This document shows positions 57,109-60,032 of a DNA stretch of 60,032 bases, one piece after another (within the stretch, counting starts at the first letter, position 1; every line of letters starts with the position of its first letter). Under the pieces are notes generated by a model. That model ran no database searches. It was not told the DNA's origin and worked only from the letters and a program-made list of their open reading frames with translations. This DNA comes from a virus. Location of the stretch: UHGV virus genome UHGV-0168673. One strand, given 5' to 3'. The translations under genes were made by a program, and so were the position numbers.

Positions 57109-57145
57109 AGATATTCCTTAGTTTATAGCCCGAGTTATTAGGCTC
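57109..57145 (-). promoter_or_regulatory. Gene 43 translational operator (hairpin adjacent to SD)
   Basis: Minus strand GAGCCUAAUAACUCGGGCUAUAAACUAAGGAAUAUCUAUG matches the T4 gp43 autoregulatory site as recalled. Confidence 0.6.
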
Positions 57146-57165
57146 TGATATATTATACTCCAAAT

Positions 57166-57183
57166 AAGGGGCCGAAGCCCCTT
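57166..57183 (-). other. C(UUCG)G hairpin between regA and gene 43
   Basis: Minus strand AAGGGGC-UUCG-GCCCCUU. Confidence 0.55.
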
Positions 57184-57185
57184 GC

Positions 57186-57554
57186 TTAATTACCAATCGT
57201 ATATTTAGGAACGAGTTTCCATTCATGTTTTTGTTTAAAAGAAATAACTCGGAAGTTATTAGTTAAATCTTTCATAAAAGTTCTTTGACCAGGAACGATT
57301 TCAATCAGTCCCCAATCTTCTAACAGCCATGCAATCGAATCACGACGAACTTCATCTTCTTCTGTCATTTCAACTTGCCGGCCATCCATACGAAGCATTT
57401 CTTTAAAATGAACGATATAGTATAGTCCTTTTTTCTGAAGAATATGACAGGACTGATACAGAACTTTATCTTTATTATTAGCAATTCCCATACGAGTCAA
57501 AGTTTCTTTTACTTTCAGAAAATCTTCAGGTTTTTTAAGAGTAATTTCAATCAT
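57186..57554 (-). CDS. regA: Translational repressor RegA
   Basis: 122-aa ORF MIEITLKKPEDFLKVKETLTRMGIANNKDKVLYQSCHILQKKG.. matches T4 RegA. Confidence 0.9.
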   Translation of the reverse strand: MIEITLKKPEDFLKVKETLTRMGIANNKDKVLYQSCHILQKKGLYYIVHFKEMLRMDGRQVEMTEEDEVRRDSIAWLLEDWGLIEIVPGQRTFMKDLTNNFRVISFKQKHEWKLVPKYTIGN

Positions 57555-57555
57555 T

Positions 57556-58119
57556 TTACCATTCCAATGCTAGTTTTTTGAGTTGTTTCTGTTCTTTTAC
57601 GTTCTTAGTCACTTCTTTTAAAAAATCATCCGTGACTAATCCTTTAAGTTCTTTTAATACTAAAGGTAGTTTTCCATTTTTAGTAAGAATTGATTTATAG
57701 TTAATTGCATCATTTGTATTAACTTGATACCGCTTAGCAATTAACTTAATAATCAATACTTCGGTGGAATCTTCAACTAGTTTTGCCCATTTACCATATC
57801 TTTTACCCCGAGGAACAGCAGCCATCAGATAATTAAAATGGGCTTCATCGCTTAAACCTGATCCAATTAAATTCATAGCATATACAGCTGGCATGCACTC
57901 CGGAAATTGTGATAATGCATTTTCAACCATGAATTTTGAATAATCTTTTTGAGCGATAGAGCATTTAGTTTTATTATTAATAGCTCCAATTATTTCAAAA
58001 AACTCATTTTCAGCTTTTTCTTTAAAAGAATCAGCAGCGGATTGGACAGCTGTCCAATCTTTTGAATACCAAGCAACTTGATGCTCGTTTAATTGAATAT
58101 CATCTTCAAATAAGCTCAT
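57556..58119 (-). CDS. 62: Clamp loader small subunit gp62
   Basis: Track ORF 57556..58140; from ATG 58119: [22 protein letters not shown].. (187 aa) as in T4. Confidence 0.9.
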   Translation of the reverse strand: MSLFEDDIQLNEHQVAWYSKDWTAVQSAADSFKEKAENEFFEIIGAINNKTKCSIAQKDYSKFMVENALSQFPECMPAVYAMNLIGSGLSDEAHFNYLMAAVPRGKRYGKWAKLVEDSTEVLIIKLIAKRYQVNTNDAINYKSILTKNGKLPLVLKELKGLVTDDFLKEVTKNVKEQKQLKKLALEW

Positions 58120-58120
58120 A

Positions 58121-59080
58121 TCACTTCCACTGCATTTCACATGCTAACTGAATGAAAAGATAAGCTAGATGCAATTCAGTATTAGCTGCAATACCATGAT
58201 ACTGATTATTTTCGCCGACAATTTCGTACATACGAATAATACTCTGTGGAGTTACACGTGAATAGATTTCTTCGGCAAGTTTACCCACGAACCACGAATA
58301 ATCAGCTGCATATTTTGGTGCTAAAGCTCTGAGTTGTTTAACATCTTTATTTTTGAGAGACTCAAGAACATCATCAATAGCACCACGATCGTTAGTAACC
58401 AGTGATAAAATACCAGCATCCAAAACACCTTTAGATGAATAACTATCGAGCTCGCCAATAGTTTTACGAAAATCAGGAAAATTCTTTTTAACCAAAGCTG
58501 CTACAACTTTCATATCAGCTATAGCAATTCCTTCATGCTTGCAGATTTCAGTCAATCGACGAATCATCTGCTTCATCATTTCAATTTTATCTTCATCGGT
58601 CGGTTGACCGAACGTAATAACTCGGCAGCGTGACTGAAGCGGTTTAATAATACCATCAATATTGTTAGCAGTAATAATAATACTACAGTTTGAACTATAA
58701 GCTTCCATAAAGGAACGAAGATGTCGCTGAGACTCTGCTAATCCTGAGCGGTCAAATTCATCAATAACTATTACTTTTTGACGACCATCAAATGAAGCGG
58801 CGCTGGCAAAATTAGTCAAAGGACCACGAACGAAATCAATTTTACAGTCTGATCCATTCACAAACATCATATCAGCATTTACATCATGACACAATGCTTT
58901 CGCTACAGTTGTTTTACCTGTTCCTGGAGAAGGAGAATGAAGAATAATATGTGGAATCTTACCTTTACTTGTAATAGATTTAAAGGTTTCTTTATCAAAG
59001 GCGGGAAGAATACATTCATCGATAGTAGATGGACGATATTTCTGTTCAAGAATGTGTTCTTTTTCATTTACGGTAATCAT
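58121..59080 (-). CDS. 44: Clamp loader large subunit gp44 (AAA+ ATPase)
   Basis: Track ORF starts at TTG 59095; from ATG 59080: [32 protein letters not shown].. (319 aa) as in T4. Confidence 0.9.
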
Positions 59081-59113
59081 AATTTCCTCATTCAAGTTTT
59101 AGTGTAAATTATA

Positions 59114-59128
59114 AAGGGCCGAAGCCCT
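59114..59128 (-). other. C(UUCG)G hairpin between genes 45 and 44
   Basis: Minus strand AGGGC-UUCG-GCCCU. Confidence 0.55.
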
Positions 59129-59131
59129 CTA

Positions 59132-59818
59132 TTAAAAATCGTGGGTAGAATCAGCTTCAAGAGCTACTACATAATTCGCATGTTCACCTTCAAATTTAGC
59201 AGCACCTTGTTTACCTTTTGCCCAGAGCAGAAGTTTATAATTTCCTGGTTGCATTTTCATATTTGCCATATTGATAATGAAATTAAATGTATTTTCACCA
59301 TCATAATCACCAAGAGTCAAAGAATATTTAACACGAGTCAAAGCAGAATCTTCTACTTTATTAAAACCGTTAATTACGATTTTACCTTCTTTTACCGTGA
59401 TAGCAATTGTATCAATTTGCAGACCACGAGATACACGCAACAGTTGTTGAAGGTCTTCAGCTTTAATTTCAGTAACAACAGATGCTACCGGGAATGGAAT
59501 TGGTTTATTAGGAGCAACTACTGTACTCGGATCGGCTGCTGGCCAAAAAATTGTTGAACGAGCATCAGCAATTTTAATATTTCCATCTTCTGACTGGGAA
59601 ATTTCTGCATCATCATTAACTAGAGACAGAATACCAAGAAAACCGTTCAAATCGTAAATCGCTACATCAAAATCAATAGTGTCAGAAATATTTGCTTCTG
59701 CATAAGTTGTACCATTAACTGCGCGAGTCATAATAAATTGACCTGATTTAAGCATAATGCCAGAGTTAATAGTAGCGAAATTTTTCAAAATATTCAGTGT
59801 GTCTTTAGATAATTTCAT
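59132..59818 (-). CDS. 45: Sliding clamp gp45
   Basis: 228-aa ORF MKLSKDTLNILKNFATINSGIMLKSGQFIMTRAVNGT.. matches T4 gp45. Confidence 0.95.
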   Translation of the reverse strand: MKLSKDTLNILKNFATINSGIMLKSGQFIMTRAVNGTTYAEANISDTIDFDVAIYDLNGFLGILSLVNDDAEISQSEDGNIKIADARSTIFWPAADPSTVVAPNKPIPFPVASVVTEIKAEDLQQLLRVSRGLQIDTIAITVKEGKIVINGFNKVEDSALTRVKYSLTLGDYDGENTFNFIINMANMKMQPGNYKLLLWAKGKQGAAKFEGEHANYVVALEADSTHDF

Positions 59819-59983
59819 TTCAATTTCCTATTTACATAATAGTTAGACCAGGACCGTACAGCACCCTGATAAGATTCGTCGTTAAACCCATTAGCTACTG
59901 CAATTTTACGAAATTTATTATAACTTGGTTTTCCGTAAGCATGCCATAAAGATTTTAATTCATCTTCATGTTCAATCCAAGTT
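59815..59983 (-). CDS. rpbA: RpbA (RNA polymerase-binding protein), C-terminal fragment; 5' end lost at contig/adapter junction
   Basis: Track ORF 59815..60012; first 10 residues MGSEMCIRDR are translated adapter; remainder ..TWIEHEDELKSLWHAYGKPSYNKF.. lies where T4 rpbA sits upstream of gene 45. Confidence 0.55.
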
Positions 59984-60032
59984 CTGTCTCTTATACACAT
60001 CTCCGAGCCCACGAGACACTGAGCGATCTCGT
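59984..60032. other. Illumina Nextera adapter / i7 index-primer sequence (library artefact)
   Basis: CTGTCTCTTATACACATCT + CCGAGCCCACGAGAC + index-like ACTGAGCG + ATCTCGT; reverse complement of 1..49. Confidence 0.9.

Overview
This window is a ~59.9-kb fragment of a T4-like (Tevenvirinae) myovirus genome, with Illumina Nextera adapter sequence at both ends (1..49 and 59984..60032, exact inverted repeats of each other). Gene calls rest on recall of T4 protein sequences, sizes and gene order, not on any database search. Minus strand carries early/middle genes in T4 order: nrdB(partial)-nrdA-td-frd-32-59-33-dsbA-rnh, then asiA-arn-motA-52-ac-stp-ndd-denB-rIIB-rIIA-39-(small ORFs)-dexA-dda-srd-modA-modB-soc-56-61-sp-dmd-41-40-uvsX-(glycosyltransferase)-42-imm-43-regA-62-44-45-rpbA(partial). 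Plus strand carries the late tail-fibre/lysis block 34-35-36-37-38-t (10613..20676). No rRNA, tRNA, CRISPR array or transposon was seen. Many track ORFs start at GTG/TTG; I trimmed those to the first ATG where a Shine-Dalgarno or stop/start coupling supports it, and added several ORFs under 60 aa that the track omits. I found no clearly novel multi-gene system. The points of interest are departures from T4 as I recall it: intact gene 39, intronless td, no segF or dam, a 115-aa ORF inserted between frd and td, a different glycosyltransferase at the bgt locus, a divergent gp37 receptor-binding tip with tandem repeats, and a small opposite-strand membrane ORF where T4 has dam. Regulatory signals (early, middle and late promoters, UUCG-loop hairpins and terminators, gene 32 and 43 translational operators, gene 38 split RBS) were read by eye; short-feature coordinates may be off by 1-2 nt.
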